Shown here: one piece after another, positions 18,328 through 28,287 of the stretch
Numbering within the stretch: the first letter of the stretch is position 1
Layout: every line of letters begins with the position of its first letter
Assembly (NCBI GenBank): GCA_020833005.1
Contig: JAJHRD010000001.1
Span: 71,423-135,422 of the forward strand
Source: Thermoproteota archaeon
Lineage (GTDB): Archaea > Thermoproteota > Methanomethylicia > Culexarchaeales > Culexarchaeaceae
Direction: 5' to 3'
DNA: 64,000 nt
Translations under genes and position numbers: made by a program
The notes under the pieces: model-generated
Seen by the model: only the letters and a program-made list of their open reading frames with translations
The model's database searches: none
Told to the model about the DNA's origin: nothing

Positions 18328-19178
18328 TTCTTAACAACCTCCAAGAAATATTCCTTAAACATTTTTGGGGATAGAGGGATATCTCTTAATACAACCCCAC
18401 TATTTAAAAGGTGATGATACAATTCAACTACCTTAGGTATACCCACACCAATACTTTTAATAGAACCTATATTTTCATTTGAAAAAACAGTTCTAGGATC
18501 CCCATTAAAGATTATTTTACCCTCATTCATTATTATAAGCCTATTACATACGGCAACTAAAGCTTCTAATCTATGTTCAACGATGATCACAGTTAACTTC
18601 AATCTACGCCTGAGATCACTAAGCAAGGTGAGTAATGAGTAAGCACTTGCAGGATCTAAATGCGATGTCGGTTCATCTAAGACTAGAATTTTTGGTCTCA
18701 TAGCTAAACAAGCTGCCAAAGCAACCTTCTGCTGTTCACCACCAGAAAGCTCAAAGGGTGCCCGATTGCGGAGATGGGAAATCCCCATCAATTCCAGAAC
18801 CTCATTAACCCTTGACCTAATTTCTTCCCTATTTAAACCTAAATTTTCAAGTCCAAAAGCTACTTCACGCTCCACATTTAATGAAAAAAGTTGTGATTCA
18901 GGATCTTGAAAAACCATACCAACATATTTTGATAAGATAGTTGTGGGGGTATTTTTGACGGATAACCCATTAACTATAACATCACCAATAAATTCACCAC
19001 CATAGAAGTGTGGGATTAAACCATTAAAACATCTACATAAAGTTGTCTTACCACAACCACTGGGACCTGTTATAACAACAAATTCGCCTTCATCTATACT
19101 TAAAGAAATATCTTTAATTGCATATTTTAATGAACCAGGATACTTGTATGAGAGACCTTTAACTTCAACGATCGCCAT
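18324..19178 (-). CDS. ecfA2: ECF transporter ATPase subunit (second)
   Basis: Walker A GPSGCGKTT, signature LSGGEQQK, Walker B LVLDEPTS. 4-nt overlap with ecfA. Confidence 0.85.
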   Translation of the reverse strand: MAIVEVKGLSYKYPGSLKYAIKDISLSIDEGEFVVITGPSGCGKTTLCRCFNGLIPHFYGGEFIGDVIVNGLSVKNTPTTILSKYVGMVFQDPESQLFSLNVEREVAFGLENLGLNREEIRSRVNEVLELMGISHLRNRAPFELSGGEQQKVALAACLAMRPKILVLDEPTSHLDPASAYSLLTLLSDLRRRLKLTVIIVEHRLEALVAVCNRLIIMNEGKIIFNGDPRTVFSNENIGSIKSIGVGIPKVVELYHHLLNSGVVLRDIPLSPKMFKEYFLEVVKK

Positions 19179-19256
19179 AAACCTCCCTCATACGCCCAAT
19201 TAATGTGCAAGATAATTGCGTAATATCTTTAACTGCTTAATAATAAAAATTAGCTT

Positions 19257-20255
19257 TCATCCCCTTGCAATTTTACTCGAAATTATTTTTATACAGAAAT
19301 TTTCAATACCATCCCTATTCCTACATCCATTGGCACCTGCAGCTGTAGAATGCCCACCCCCAGTGCCACCTATAAATTCTCCTAAAGGAATCATAAGATC
19401 TCTTCCCAAATGAAAGCCAGTCTCCCTATAGAAGGCTTCCGTAGACCTTGCACTAACACGTACATCATCACCTTCACCTCCGACCACTACGGCTAAATCC
19501 CCTCCAAGATCAATCAACGCTCTTGCAAGGGAAGCTTCAAAGGAACTTACATTTGAAAAAACTATCAACCACTTCCCAAACCTAAATAATTTTAATCTCT
19601 GCGCACCCTTAAGTCTAGCTATTCTTTCAGAGATATCCATAGGCTCTGAGATTATTGATAAAGCTAAACTATAATCGCCTCCATTCTCCATGAGGAAACA
19701 GACGCTTCTAAATGTTTCAATGGAAGCTATTAGAAATCTCTTTGAATCAGATATTATTGCTGTAAGTAGTGCTAATGCACTGCTCCTACTCATATTCAAA
19801 TGTAACTCTTTGAAGAAATTGGCGACTATTTCAGCTGTGGAAGACGCATTAGTATTTGAAGCTATGTACAAGGCGCGATCAATAGTTTCCTTCAATGGCT
19901 CATGATGATCAATAATCAAAAGTGGAATACTAGACCCCTTTACAAAATCACCTAAAGAACCAAGCTGAGTAAAGGATATAGCATCCACCATAATTAAAAC
20001 ATCAACACTACCATCAATGGTTTCCAAGACATTTACATTATCTATATGGTTCAATAACCTCTTCGATGATGAGTTCAATCCTTCAGGTGATACAATAAAA
20101 ACTTCCATATTAGCATACAACTTCATTAAAAGCTCTCTTAGGGCATATGCGCTCCCAAAGGAGTCTGGATCAGCATTACGATGACAAAGTAAAGCCACTT
20201 TCTTCGGCGAGAGGGAATTTAATACTTCGATAAACTTTCTACATTCACTCAACAC
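19257..20255 (-). CDS. DHH/DHHA1 phosphoesterase (NrnA-like nanoRNase/pAp phosphatase)
   Basis: HRNADPDSFGSA, IIDHH and GGGH motifs. Confidence 0.7.
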   Translation of the reverse strand: MLSECRKFIEVLNSLSPKKVALLCHRNADPDSFGSAYALRELLMKLYANMEVFIVSPEGLNSSSKRLLNHIDNVNVLETIDGSVDVLIMVDAISFTQLGSLGDFVKGSSIPLLIIDHHEPLKETIDRALYIASNTNASSTAEIVANFFKELHLNMSRSSALALLTAIISDSKRFLIASIETFRSVCFLMENGGDYSLALSIISEPMDISERIARLKGAQRLKLFRFGKWLIVFSNVSSFEASLARALIDLGGDLAVVVGGEGDDVRVSARSTEAFYRETGFHLGRDLMIPLGEFIGGTGGGHSTAAGANGCRNRDGIENFCIKIISSKIARG

Positions 20256-20529
20256 TACCCATCCTCTTATCTAATTCTTTAAAACATCTTTCGACAGCCT
20301 CATTTATAACTACTTCCACATCGCTCCTAGAAAATTTTGGGTGTAAGGTCAACTCGACATCAACATCAAATGTTAACTGCCCATCATCTAAAAGACGGAC
20401 ATCCACACTCACATTTAAATCCAGAATATCGTTAATTGAAAATTTTGAAAGTATATATGACCGTATAATATTTTCAGCTAAAACACAAAGTTCTTCTATG
20501 GATTTATCAGTAAAGGTACTGTTAGCCAT
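20245..20529 (-). CDS. hypothetical protein, 94 aa (embedded in exosome superoperon)
   Basis: ORF only; co-oriented with and overlapping neighbours. Confidence 0.3.
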   Translation of the reverse strand: MANSTFTDKSIEELCVLAENIIRSYILSKFSINDILDLNVSVDVRLLDDGQLTFDVDVELTLHPKFSRSDVEVVINEAVERCFKELDKRMGSVE

Positions 20530-20552
20530 CAGCTATCATTGGTCAAATTATT

Positions 20553-20915
20553 TTATGCCCCTGAACGTTGAATTGTTGAAAGTAGATTGCTTACTTCTCT
20601 CCGCAACTCTTCAAATTGTTTACGGAGCAAAGCTTCTTGCTTTTCAAGAGTTTTTATTCTTAATTCCAAAGTATCCCTCTTATCTCTTAACTCTTCTAAA
20701 ACTTTTGCTTTACTTGATTTAAACATTACATATCCAGCTGCCTTATAAACTTCACAATCATCGGAAAGCTTTTCAACAGCCTCTAAAGCATTCTGGGACT
20801 CGGCTAATTGAAGCTGTAGTTGTTGCTTCCTAACTAAAATTAATCTTAATTGTTCTTGAAGATCCTGCAATCTTGCAACTTTCTCCTCAACATCAGGTGG
20901 TAACTTTTCATCCAA
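20553..20915 (-). CDS. pfdB: prefoldin beta subunit
   Basis: 120-aa coiled-coil/beta-hairpin/coiled-coil layout; conserved superoperon position. Confidence 0.7.
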   Translation of the reverse strand: MDEKLPPDVEEKVARLQDLQEQLRLILVRKQQLQLQLAESQNALEAVEKLSDDCEVYKAAGYVMFKSSKAKVLEELRDKRDTLELRIKTLEKQEALLRKQFEELRREVSNLLSTIQRSGA

Positions 20916-20972
20916 AAGAAATCAACCCCCTAAAGATTAATGGAAAGTGAAATAAAACATTTACGATTAAGC

Positions 20973-21218
20973 TTAATCCTTCAAACTTTTAAATATTTCC
21001 TCCAACAATATGATTAACCTAAGAAATGAGTTTAATGCAGCCCTCAACAGGGATGGATTATCAGAAGATAAATATAGAAGGATTTTTGGAGGATCATGCT
21101 TTATTAACGACGTAACTCTACGCGATGGAGGATTAGCGATTTCAGGGTATAGGGAGTCGAAAATTATTTTTGAAATTATTGGATCTTTGAAATCTAACGT
21201 TAACTCAACTTCAAACAT
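20973..21218 (-). CDS. pcc1: KEOPS subunit Pcc1-like
   Basis: 81 aa; LRAALNSFLRLI signature region; superoperon position between pfdB and brix. Confidence 0.55.
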   Translation of the reverse strand: MFEVELTLDFKDPIISKIIFDSLYPEIANPPSRRVTSLIKHDPPKILLYLSSDNPSLLRAALNSFLRLIILLEEIFKSLKD

Positions 21219-21254
21219 AAATTCAATCCAATAAATGTTTTTAACAAGAGATTT

Positions 21255-21815
21255 TTAAATAAATTTAACCTTCATGACCGGCCCAATGATATATCCAGAC
21301 ACCGTTGTAAAATGAATCATGAAAATGTCCTTTTCTAAGTACTCAACATTCATTATGGAGAAATCCTCGGATAATTTCTCATAATCATTTCCTTTAGATA
21401 AGTAAAGTCTACAATTAAATAAACTAGACAAATGATTCGCGGCTCCTAAAGCATTATCATTTGAGCAACGTACAATGATATCATCAACTCTAACCCTCTT
21501 AGCATTCTTAATTTCAAAGGTAAGTTTAACTCCTAAAAGCCTCAATCGAGGATTCAGTGGGTTAAGACGTTCCCTTCCAACAGAGTAAAATGTTAATAGT
21601 CCAGGGTTCCCCATAAATGTGTTAACAATTATGACTCTATCACATTTGCTTTGAAGAGCTAACATGTGCACATCATTGATGGATTTTTTACCACGATTAA
21701 CTTTAATAGCGGAAGGCAATGCATAGGATAGATCCTTACAAAAACTTCTAGTACGGGGACTATCACGCCTAGACATTGTTATTAAAAAACGTATAGGATT
21801 TAGGTAATTCCTCAT
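21255..21815 (-). CDS. Brix-domain ribosome biogenesis protein (Imp4-like)
   Basis: 186 aa, basic; superoperon position next to L37ae. Confidence 0.7.
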   Translation of the reverse strand: MRNYLNPIRFLITMSRRDSPRTRSFCKDLSYALPSAIKVNRGKKSINDVHMLALQSKCDRVIIVNTFMGNPGLLTFYSVGRERLNPLNPRLRLLGVKLTFEIKNAKRVRVDDIIVRCSNDNALGAANHLSSLFNCRLYLSKGNDYEKLSEDFSIMNVEYLEKDIFMIHFTTVSGYIIGPVMKVKFI

Positions 21816-21816
21816 T

Positions 21817-22059
21817 TCATCTCAGCATCGCAGATGAGGGAACATAAGCCCCTCCAGCAAACTTATATCCACACTTTTTGCACATCCATATACCAACACT
21901 TAAACGCTTCAATTTCCCCTTAGATTGGCATCTTGGACATTTGTGAGGAGCATGCATCAAAATTTCAATGTTCCTTACCCTTGCCCTAAGTGAAGCTCCA
22001 TAACGTGCACCAAATCTCCCCGCAGGACCCACTTTACTTTTAGACCCCATCTCAAGCAC
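21817..22059 (-). CDS. rpl37ae: ribosomal protein L37Ae (eL43)
   Basis: C4 zinc ribbon CPRCQS...CKKCGYKFAGGAY. Confidence 0.9.
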   Translation of the reverse strand: MLEMGSKSKVGPAGRFGARYGASLRARVRNIEILMHAPHKCPRCQSKGKLKRLSVGIWMCKKCGYKFAGGAYVPSSAMLR

Positions 22060-22885
22060 CCCTCATACTCTTCTCCCAATTGTTGAAGGATTCTAATAAA
22101 ATTGACCTTAATTCCTGCCCTTTAGATTTCGCTAACTCAATGGATTTCAAAATCTCATCATATGTGAAAGCTCCGGGAAGCCCCTTCTGAACTGCACATA
22201 TCTCCCCCTTAGAATTAGTGAACACAGTTAACCTCGCCTCGACAAACTCAAGCTCCTCCAATGTAGGGTCTAACAATAGATAATTTCCAATCTTATTTAT
22301 AGTCACTGATACTGGGTAATCAGCCATTTTCAATGATCTCCTCTCATCATGCACAACTACCTGCGAACCTTCAACTGTAACTACTGGTATCTTTGTAACC
22401 ATCAAAGCAGCTAGAGAAGCCAAAGCTGTAGCATCAAAAAGGTCTCCGCCATGATCAAGAACATAGATGTCAACCCACAATATCCAAACCTTCTCATTTG
22501 GTATTATACATAGATCTTTAAAGTCTACAGCACCACCATGCCTTAAACCCCTATCTATAACCCTCGCCAATTCTATGGAATTTTCATCGGGAGGTCCTGC
22601 TTCAAATTGTGGAGAAGCCAGCGGAACAAACTCTGAATTCACTATTAGAACACCTTCATTAGGGGTATCTGGAAATGGTTTACCAATTTCAGCTTTTATT
22701 CCCACCAAAACATACGTGTCTCCAATCCTTACGCTGGCAGAACCATTAGCTTTACTTATAACGTTAAACTCGAATTTTATTGGTCGATATTCATCTAATC
22801 TACGACCATCGCTTCTAATCCCCTTGGATAGAGAACCCAATATTAAATCTTTATTTATTGGCAAGGAAACCATCATTACACTCAT
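22052..22885 (-). CDS. rrp42: exosome subunit Rrp42 (RNase PH-like, non-catalytic)
   Basis: 277-aa RNase PH fold; 3' of rrp41. Confidence 0.85.
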   Translation of the reverse strand: MSVMMVSLPINKDLILGSLSKGIRSDGRRLDEYRPIKFEFNVISKANGSASVRIGDTYVLVGIKAEIGKPFPDTPNEGVLIVNSEFVPLASPQFEAGPPDENSIELARVIDRGLRHGGAVDFKDLCIIPNEKVWILWVDIYVLDHGGDLFDATALASLAALMVTKIPVVTVEGSQVVVHDERRSLKMADYPVSVTINKIGNYLLLDPTLEELEFVEARLTVFTNSKGEICAVQKGLPGAFTYDEILKSIELAKSKGQELRSILLESFNNWEKSMRGA

Positions 22886-23619
22886 TCCTCCAATACGAGG
22901 TTTTTAATTTCTCCAAATCCATCCTTTAAAGCTTTTCTCTGAACTTCATGAATATACTTACAGCTTTTCATAGCAAGTTGTAGTAAAGTGTTAAATTCAT
23001 CCGAGGTAAGTATTCCATCCATTTGAAGTAATGTAATGATATTCTTATTTGGCATTATAGCAAATGGGACGTCGGCTTCACCATACTTATCTTCCACATC
23101 GGATAAATCTACTATGAGCTTACCATCAGCTTTACCAACAGCACATGCAGCAACCAAATCCCTCATGGGAATACCGGCATCGGCAAGAGCTACAGAGGCA
23201 GCGGTTATACTTGCACACCTAGTGCCACCATCAGCTTCTAAAACTTCAATGAATATATCTATAGTTGTCCTTGGAAATTCCTCAACAAAAATTGCAGGCT
23301 CCAAAGCTTCCCGAATAACTTTAGATAACTCTATCTCACGCCTAGAAGGTGCGGGGGATTTGCGTTCCTCAACAGAAAAGGGCGCCATCCTATATCTGCA
23401 CCTAACAACAGATTTATCGGGCAAACTTACATGTTTGGCAAAGCTCTCCCTAGGGCCATACACTCCAACCAATATATGTGTCTTACCTTGAATTATACGC
23501 GCAGAACCATCAACATTTGAAAGAACTCCCACCTCAATTTTTAATGGTCTAAGCTCATTCCATCGCCTACCATCAACCCTCAATCCATTTTCATCAATAA
23601 GTCTCCTCTTCCCACTCAT
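22882..23619 (-). CDS. rrp41: exosome catalytic subunit Rrp41 (RNase PH)
   Basis: 245 aa; [15 protein letters not shown]-terminus; phosphate-binding region [18 protein letters not shown]. Confidence 0.85.
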   Translation of the reverse strand: MSGKRRLIDENGLRVDGRRWNELRPLKIEVGVLSNVDGSARIIQGKTHILVGVYGPRESFAKHVSLPDKSVVRCRYRMAPFSVEERKSPAPSRREIELSKVIREALEPAIFVEEFPRTTIDIFIEVLEADGGTRCASITAASVALADAGIPMRDLVAACAVGKADGKLIVDLSDVEDKYGEADVPFAIMPNKNIITLLQMDGILTSDEFNTLLQLAMKSCKYIHEVQRKALKDGFGEIKNLVLEE

Positions 23620-23688
23620 GATACGGCACTCCCCAATACAATAAATTGACTACAAGAAATAGAGATTACAAGAATATAAGTTAAGCGT

Positions 23689-24387
23689 TCATCCACCAAT
23701 TTTCTCACGCTCTTTAACAATCAAAGACTTGACTTTATCTGTAAGACCAGGTAAATGCGATTCTTCTTCCACAAGAGAAATTATCTTTCGCACTAAATTA
23801 ACTACTTGAGGATCTGTGGAGGACACCCAAATCCTACCATTCCTACCCATTATAATCTTACAATTAAGCTCTTTCTTAATCATATTTATCATAGACCCAC
23901 GCCTACCAATAAGTCTAGGCACCTTAACAGGTGAAAATGTTATAAGTGTACCATGCTCCAATTTACCAAGACCTCTCCCCTTTATTGATAACAAAGGATT
24001 CCTAAGTTTATCAAATGCTATAACCTCAGCAAATATAACGTCACCAGACTTAAGGTATTTTCTAATATCTTCTCTTGCAACGTCAATAGGTTTAGATAGC
24101 GCATCGGAAAATTGTAGAACTGCAATATATGGGGAGTTTATATCCACTTGCCAACTTGTAGGCGAATTATCAATTATAACTCCTATAACAGAATCCCCAA
24201 CCCTTGGAATGTAGAATCCCTGTAATGGAATTATGTTCACAACTTTGTTTCTAATTTCACAGAGCCCAAAAACTGATGAGAAAATCTTATTACCTTCAGT
24301 ATACGTATATGCGCCCGCCTTAAAAGACCCCTCAGCAACAAGATCTCCGGGGAAAACTATACTTCTGGATCTAGTTTTTTCACCCAC
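23689..24387 (-). CDS. rrp4: exosome RNA-binding subunit Rrp4 (S1 + KH)
   Basis: 232 aa; N-terminal VFPGD, S1 then KH (GRRGSMINMIKKELNCKI). Confidence 0.8.
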   Translation of the reverse strand: MGEKTRSRSIVFPGDLVAEGSFKAGAYTYTEGNKIFSSVFGLCEIRNKVVNIIPLQGFYIPRVGDSVIGVIIDNSPTSWQVDINSPYIAVLQFSDALSKPIDVAREDIRKYLKSGDVIFAEVIAFDKLRNPLLSIKGRGLGKLEHGTLITFSPVKVPRLIGRRGSMINMIKKELNCKIIMGRNGRIWVSSTDPQVVNLVRKIISLVEEESHLPGLTDKVKSLIVKEREKIGG

Positions 24388-24398
24388 AATACATCACC

Positions 24399-25094
24399 CT
24401 AACGGACCACATTTATCTCCACATTCCCCTTACAGAGTTTATTCATTTTTTCTATAAATGATGGTTGAAGTCCAGCAGGCATTTCAATTTCACAAATTAA
24501 AGAGCCATCAGACTGCCACTCAGAACGTTTTATTACACCAAAACTTGAAAGAACACCATAAGCTTTACCAGCATATTCAGCACCTACCTTAACATTCAAT
24601 GTAACATTAGCGATCTTCAGTGGTAGAACATTTCTCAAACTTTTAATGACACTTAAGCTCTGTTCCTCCGCATCCTTAAATGGATCTATTTGCACCCCAA
24701 CTTCCTCCATAGCTAATTCTATCCTCTTAGGCGGATGAGGTAGATTGGTTCTAGGGTCAACGCAACACCTAGATATGAAATTTATGATTTGCTTCTTCTT
24801 GTTTTCTATCATTTCCTTCCTCTGCTCAGCAGTTAACTGCAGTGTACCATTCTTTAAAATAATTGGCGCAATTTTATATATGTCAGTGGTACCAAAAACT
24901 TTAATTAAACTTTCTTCAGAAGCCTTCAAACCCTTATTTGCATCTTTATATATTATCTCACCAACCAAGATCTCATTTAAATCAACATTTTCTCCCTGTT
25001 TAAAGGCCCATGCCAAATTTGGATTCACAAGTATTTCGAACCGTTCACCTTTAGAAATATATCTAGCCACTACATAATCCTTTTTTGAACTCAT
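24399..25094 (-). CDS. sdo1: SBDS/Sdo1 ribosome maturation factor
   Basis: 231 aa; N-terminal FYSH-like domain; superoperon context. Confidence 0.8.
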   Translation of the reverse strand: MSSKKDYVVARYISKGERFEILVNPNLAWAFKQGENVDLNEILVGEIIYKDANKGLKASEESLIKVFGTTDIYKIAPIILKNGTLQLTAEQRKEMIENKKKQIINFISRCCVDPRTNLPHPPKRIELAMEEVGVQIDPFKDAEEQSLSVIKSLRNVLPLKIANVTLNVKVGAEYAGKAYGVLSSFGVIKRSEWQSDGSLICEIEMPAGLQPSFIEKMNKLCKGNVEINVVR

Positions 25095-25197
25095 TCATAG
25101 CACCACTTTTATGAAGATATATTCAATCTATTAAATATTATTAATTACACAAATATAATTAAGTTTAAACTTTCAAATTAAGAAATAATGTTATTTG

Positions 25198-25914
25198 TTA
25201 AATTCCACTAATTAATGAAGCCACTTCCTCCCTAGATAGCTTCCTAAATATTCGATCCTTTACTGAGACAACACCTATTTCAATTTTATCTGGATCTATT
25301 GGACCTTCAACCACCGGCTTTATTGCTGCAACTGCCATTTTAAGGGCTTCATTTAAAGATATTTCAAATTTATAATTCTTTTCAAGGAATTCAGTGACTT
25401 GTTGACTGCCGGACCCTATTGCCCTAGCAAAATATAGTGCATATGCTCCACTAGGTTCCGTCATTAATAATCTTGGACCATTATCATCAACTCCAGCCAC
25501 CAGGAAAGCTACTCCAAAAGGTCTTACACCGCCACGTTGAGTATATAGTTGCATCACGTCGCTAATCCTCTTAGTTAAAACTTCAACGTCTATAGGTTCA
25601 TCGTATAAAATTCTATTTATCTGAGCTTCTTGACGTGCATAGTCTATTAGTATTCTAGCATCAAAGGGGAAGCCTGCATAGGTTATACCAATATGTTCAT
25701 CAATCTTGAATATTTTCTCAAGGGAGGAGTAGTCTATTAATGGTAGGATCTTCCTCCTCTCAGCAACTAGGACAACACCCTCAACACATCTAATACCTAA
25801 TGCAGTAAACCCACGCCTAACAGCTTCCATAGCATATTCAACTTGAAACAATCTCCCATCAGGTGAAAAAACAGTTATCGCCCTATCATAACCCATTCCA
25901 GGTGGTGTGAACAA
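25198..25914 (-). CDS. psmA: proteasome alpha subunit
   Basis: YDRAITVFSPDGRLFQVEYA N-terminal alpha-subunit signature. Confidence 0.9.
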   Translation of the reverse strand: MFTPPGMGYDRAITVFSPDGRLFQVEYAMEAVRRGFTALGIRCVEGVVLVAERRKILPLIDYSSLEKIFKIDEHIGITYAGFPFDARILIDYARQEAQINRILYDEPIDVEVLTKRISDVMQLYTQRGGVRPFGVAFLVAGVDDNGPRLLMTEPSGAYALYFARAIGSGSQQVTEFLEKNYKFEISLNEALKMAVAAIKPVVEGPIDPDKIEIGVVSVKDRIFRKLSREEVASLISGI

Positions 25915-25987
25915 TGTATCTCACCTTTTAATCTTGTTACCTAAATTGTAGGAATTAAGCAATAAATTTTACTATTTCAATTATTAT

Positions 25988-26058
25988 TGTGGGGTCAGTT
26001 CGTCGCGAGAACGTCATCCATTAAGTCAGACGTCTGGGACGGCTTCTTCATACCCCAG
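25988..26058 (-). ncRNA. candidate structured sRNA (H/ACA-like): GC-rich palindromic island immediately 3' of pop5
   Basis: About 55% GC against an AT-rich background. On the minus strand: GGGGU...ACCCC stem followed directly by ACA; internal GACGUC/GAUGACGU inverted repeats. Overlaps the pop5 stop codon. Confidence 0.35.
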
Positions 26059-26407
26059 TAATCAATTGTTTAGACAGATTATTAAGGATTTTCTCAGCCT
26101 TCTTAAACGTTCCAGAAATCTTTATCACACTGAAAATGACGTCATCACCGGATATACTTTTTATAAGAGCTAAAGCAGCTCTAACTTTTGAAACACTTAA
26201 ATGATCACAACGTAAAATCCCAATTCCAAGCTCAGGACAATATTTCATTAAACTAAAGCTTATTTTACTGGAACCCACCTCCCCAAATAATGAGGAAAGC
26301 GAAGAAAATATTGCATTTAAGACATCTGAAAAAGCTATTGATCGCCCACTTTTACGTATAATCCTAAAAATTAAATACCTATTTCTTCTCAATTTCACCA
26401 CTTTCAT
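26048..26407 (-). CDS. rnp2: RNase P protein subunit Pop5 (Rpp14)
   Basis: About 120 aa from M16 (MKVVKLRRNRYLIFRI...); RYLxF motif; position between psmA and rpp30. Confidence 0.65.
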   Translation of the reverse strand: MKVVKLRRNRYLIFRIIRKSGRSIAFSDVLNAIFSSLSSLFGEVGSSKISFSLMKYCPELGIGILRCDHLSVSKVRAALALIKSISGDDVIFSVIKISGTFKKAEKILNNLSKQLITGV

Positions 26408-27143
26408 CAATCCTCCCCAATAATCGAACACCTTTACACACCATTTCCCCACTAAGTTTCATCCTATTCCTTTCGATTAAATTTGATGGATTATTGGAAA
26501 CAAATTGTAATGCATCAAATTCAGAAACACCTAAAAGCGTTATTACGGATGCTATGGCTCTAGGATCCCTCATTTCAAAAACATTTTTAGCTCCCGAAGA
26601 AGCAATTACGGGGACGCCATACCTAAGAGCCAATCTAACATTCTCAGACATAATTCTAAGAGTTTTTATCCTCTCACCAGTGTTAGAGCATCTAAGTATA
26701 TCAGCAATATTTATTTCCAAAACAGAATTACCTTTAGCAGCCAATTTAGCCTCTGAAACATCAAAGAAATTTGATTTCCAATTTGAATATGAAAAGTTTA
26801 AAACATCCACACGGCTATCTCTAGCAGCAAATCTAGCCACATGAATATTATTGCAAAAAACAGAAATTACCTCCACCTTACCCCTATAAAATCTGAGATC
26901 CCTCTTCAAATCATTCACATTTTGGGGGAAAAGGTCAACCCTACTAACCATATCTATACCATGCTCATTGAACATCCTTTTGAAATCCCCAATCATATCA
27001 ACGTTATGCCTATTAAAGATGGATAGACCTATATAACTGAAGCCAAGAGTGGAAGCCATATTGATTATCTCAGATATAGATGATGTCCCATTAGACACAT
27101 CTGGGGAAACATGTAAATCAGAGAAAAGTTTACCCATAATCAT
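26379..27143 (-). CDS. rnp3: RNase P protein subunit Rpp30
   Basis: 254-aa PHP/TIM-like protein; DLHVS/H motifs; conserved superoperon position. Confidence 0.7.
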   Translation of the reverse strand: MIMGKLFSDLHVSPDVSNGTSSISEIINMASTLGFSYIGLSIFNRHNVDMIGDFKRMFNEHGIDMVSRVDLFPQNVNDLKRDLRFYRGKVEVISVFCNNIHVARFAARDSRVDVLNFSYSNWKSNFFDVSEAKLAAKGNSVLEINIADILRCSNTGERIKTLRIMSENVRLALRYGVPVIASSGAKNVFEMRDPRAIASVITLLGVSEFDALQFVSNNPSNLIERNRMKLSGEMVCKGVRLLGRIDESGEIEKK

Positions 27144-27610
27144 TCACCTGAAATTAAACCAATTTCAATACATGCATCTCTTACAAGTCTCTTTTTAACA
27201 TTGAATTTCAAAGTCACCTTTATCACCTCACTACCATCATTTAACCGTAATACACCATTATATGCAGCACCTTTATCAAACCTTATATGCAGAACACAAG
27301 ATTCATCCAACCTATAATCAAGGGTTCTATAAAGTAGTCTTTTATCGTTATCACTGATGTTCTTACAGAAATATTCGATTATCTCCTTCACAGCAATCTT
27401 ATCAGAAAAGTGTAATTTTACATTAACAATAACATTACCATAATACCCCTCCAAAATGTCCTCGGAAAATATTACTCCAGATCTTATGGATTCAGGAATG
27501 AGATTCATCATTGCAGTTTTAACTTTATTTAAGTCTTCGGTAGCATGACAAAAAGCGTTCATTGAAATTTCAATTACTGGAATACCCTTAGTTGACATAA
27601 TTACATGCAA
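27140..27610 (-). CDS. conserved hypothetical protein (between L15e and rpp30)
   Basis: 156 aa; 4-nt overlap with rpp30; no family recognised. Confidence 0.4.
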   Translation of the reverse strand: MHVIMSTKGIPVIEISMNAFCHATEDLNKVKTAMMNLIPESIRSGVIFSEDILEGYYGNVIVNVKLHFSDKIAVKEIIEYFCKNISDNDKRLLYRTLDYRLDESCVLHIRFDKGAAYNGVLRLNDGSEVIKVTLKFNVKKRLVRDACIEIGLISGE

Positions 27611-27652
27611 TAAATTGATAGATAAAGACTAATAATAAAATGTTATTGCAAT

Positions 27653-28225
27653 TTAACTTTTGGATGCAGAAGACCTGCTCGGCCTATTTTTCACAGCCCT
27701 AGAACCTTTAACATACAGTCCTCTAGACCTTCTACCAGCAGGAGTCAAACCTCTAAAAACTCTTCTACGCTGACTTGGATTACAAATCCAGTTAATATCT
27801 GGATCATTCATAATGCTGGGATGATGAGGATCAACGAGTATAACTTCAAACCATTTATATCTACCATCCTCTCCAACCCAATAACTTGCAAGCACCTCTA
27901 AATTCGGGTATTTCCTAGCAGCCTTCTCCTCTGCAATCCACTGCAAACTCTTCTTGACAGTATGTCCATGAACACCCATCCTTTTCGGGCGCCTTCCACT
28001 ATCAGGTCTAATTTTGCTCATACTTCCACGTCTCACCCTAACTCTAACAACCACAAACCCCTGTTTAGCTTTATATCCGAGCGCCCTAGCCCTATCCAGT
28101 CTTGTTGGTTTTTCGATTCTAACAACAGAAGGCCCTTTACGCCACTGTATAAGTCTCTCCCTGACGAGCTCTGGGAATTTCCCCCTCTTAATATCTTTCC
28201 ACAGCAGCGAAATATGCCTATACAT
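27653..28225 (-). CDS. rpl15e: ribosomal protein L15e
   Basis: [15 protein letters not shown]...[12 protein letters not shown]; very basic. Confidence 0.9.
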   Translation of the reverse strand: MYRHISLLWKDIKRGKFPELVRERLIQWRKGPSVVRIEKPTRLDRARALGYKAKQGFVVVRVRVRRGSMSKIRPDSGRRPKRMGVHGHTVKKSLQWIAEEKAARKYPNLEVLASYWVGEDGRYKWFEVILVDPHHPSIMNDPDINWICNPSQRRRVFRGLTPAGRRSRGLYVKGSRAVKNRPSRSSASKS

Positions 28226-28287
28226 GAATACTCATCCCACGGGATATCTCTCCATTTCAGTTACGCATATAAGGACTCCTTATCCTT

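Noticed and set aside
25988-26058. GC-rich island considered as a third tRNA or tRNA fragment
   Set aside because: No cloverleaf can be drawn: no GTTCRANYC T-loop and no matching acceptor ends on either strand. It is kept as an sRNA candidate instead.
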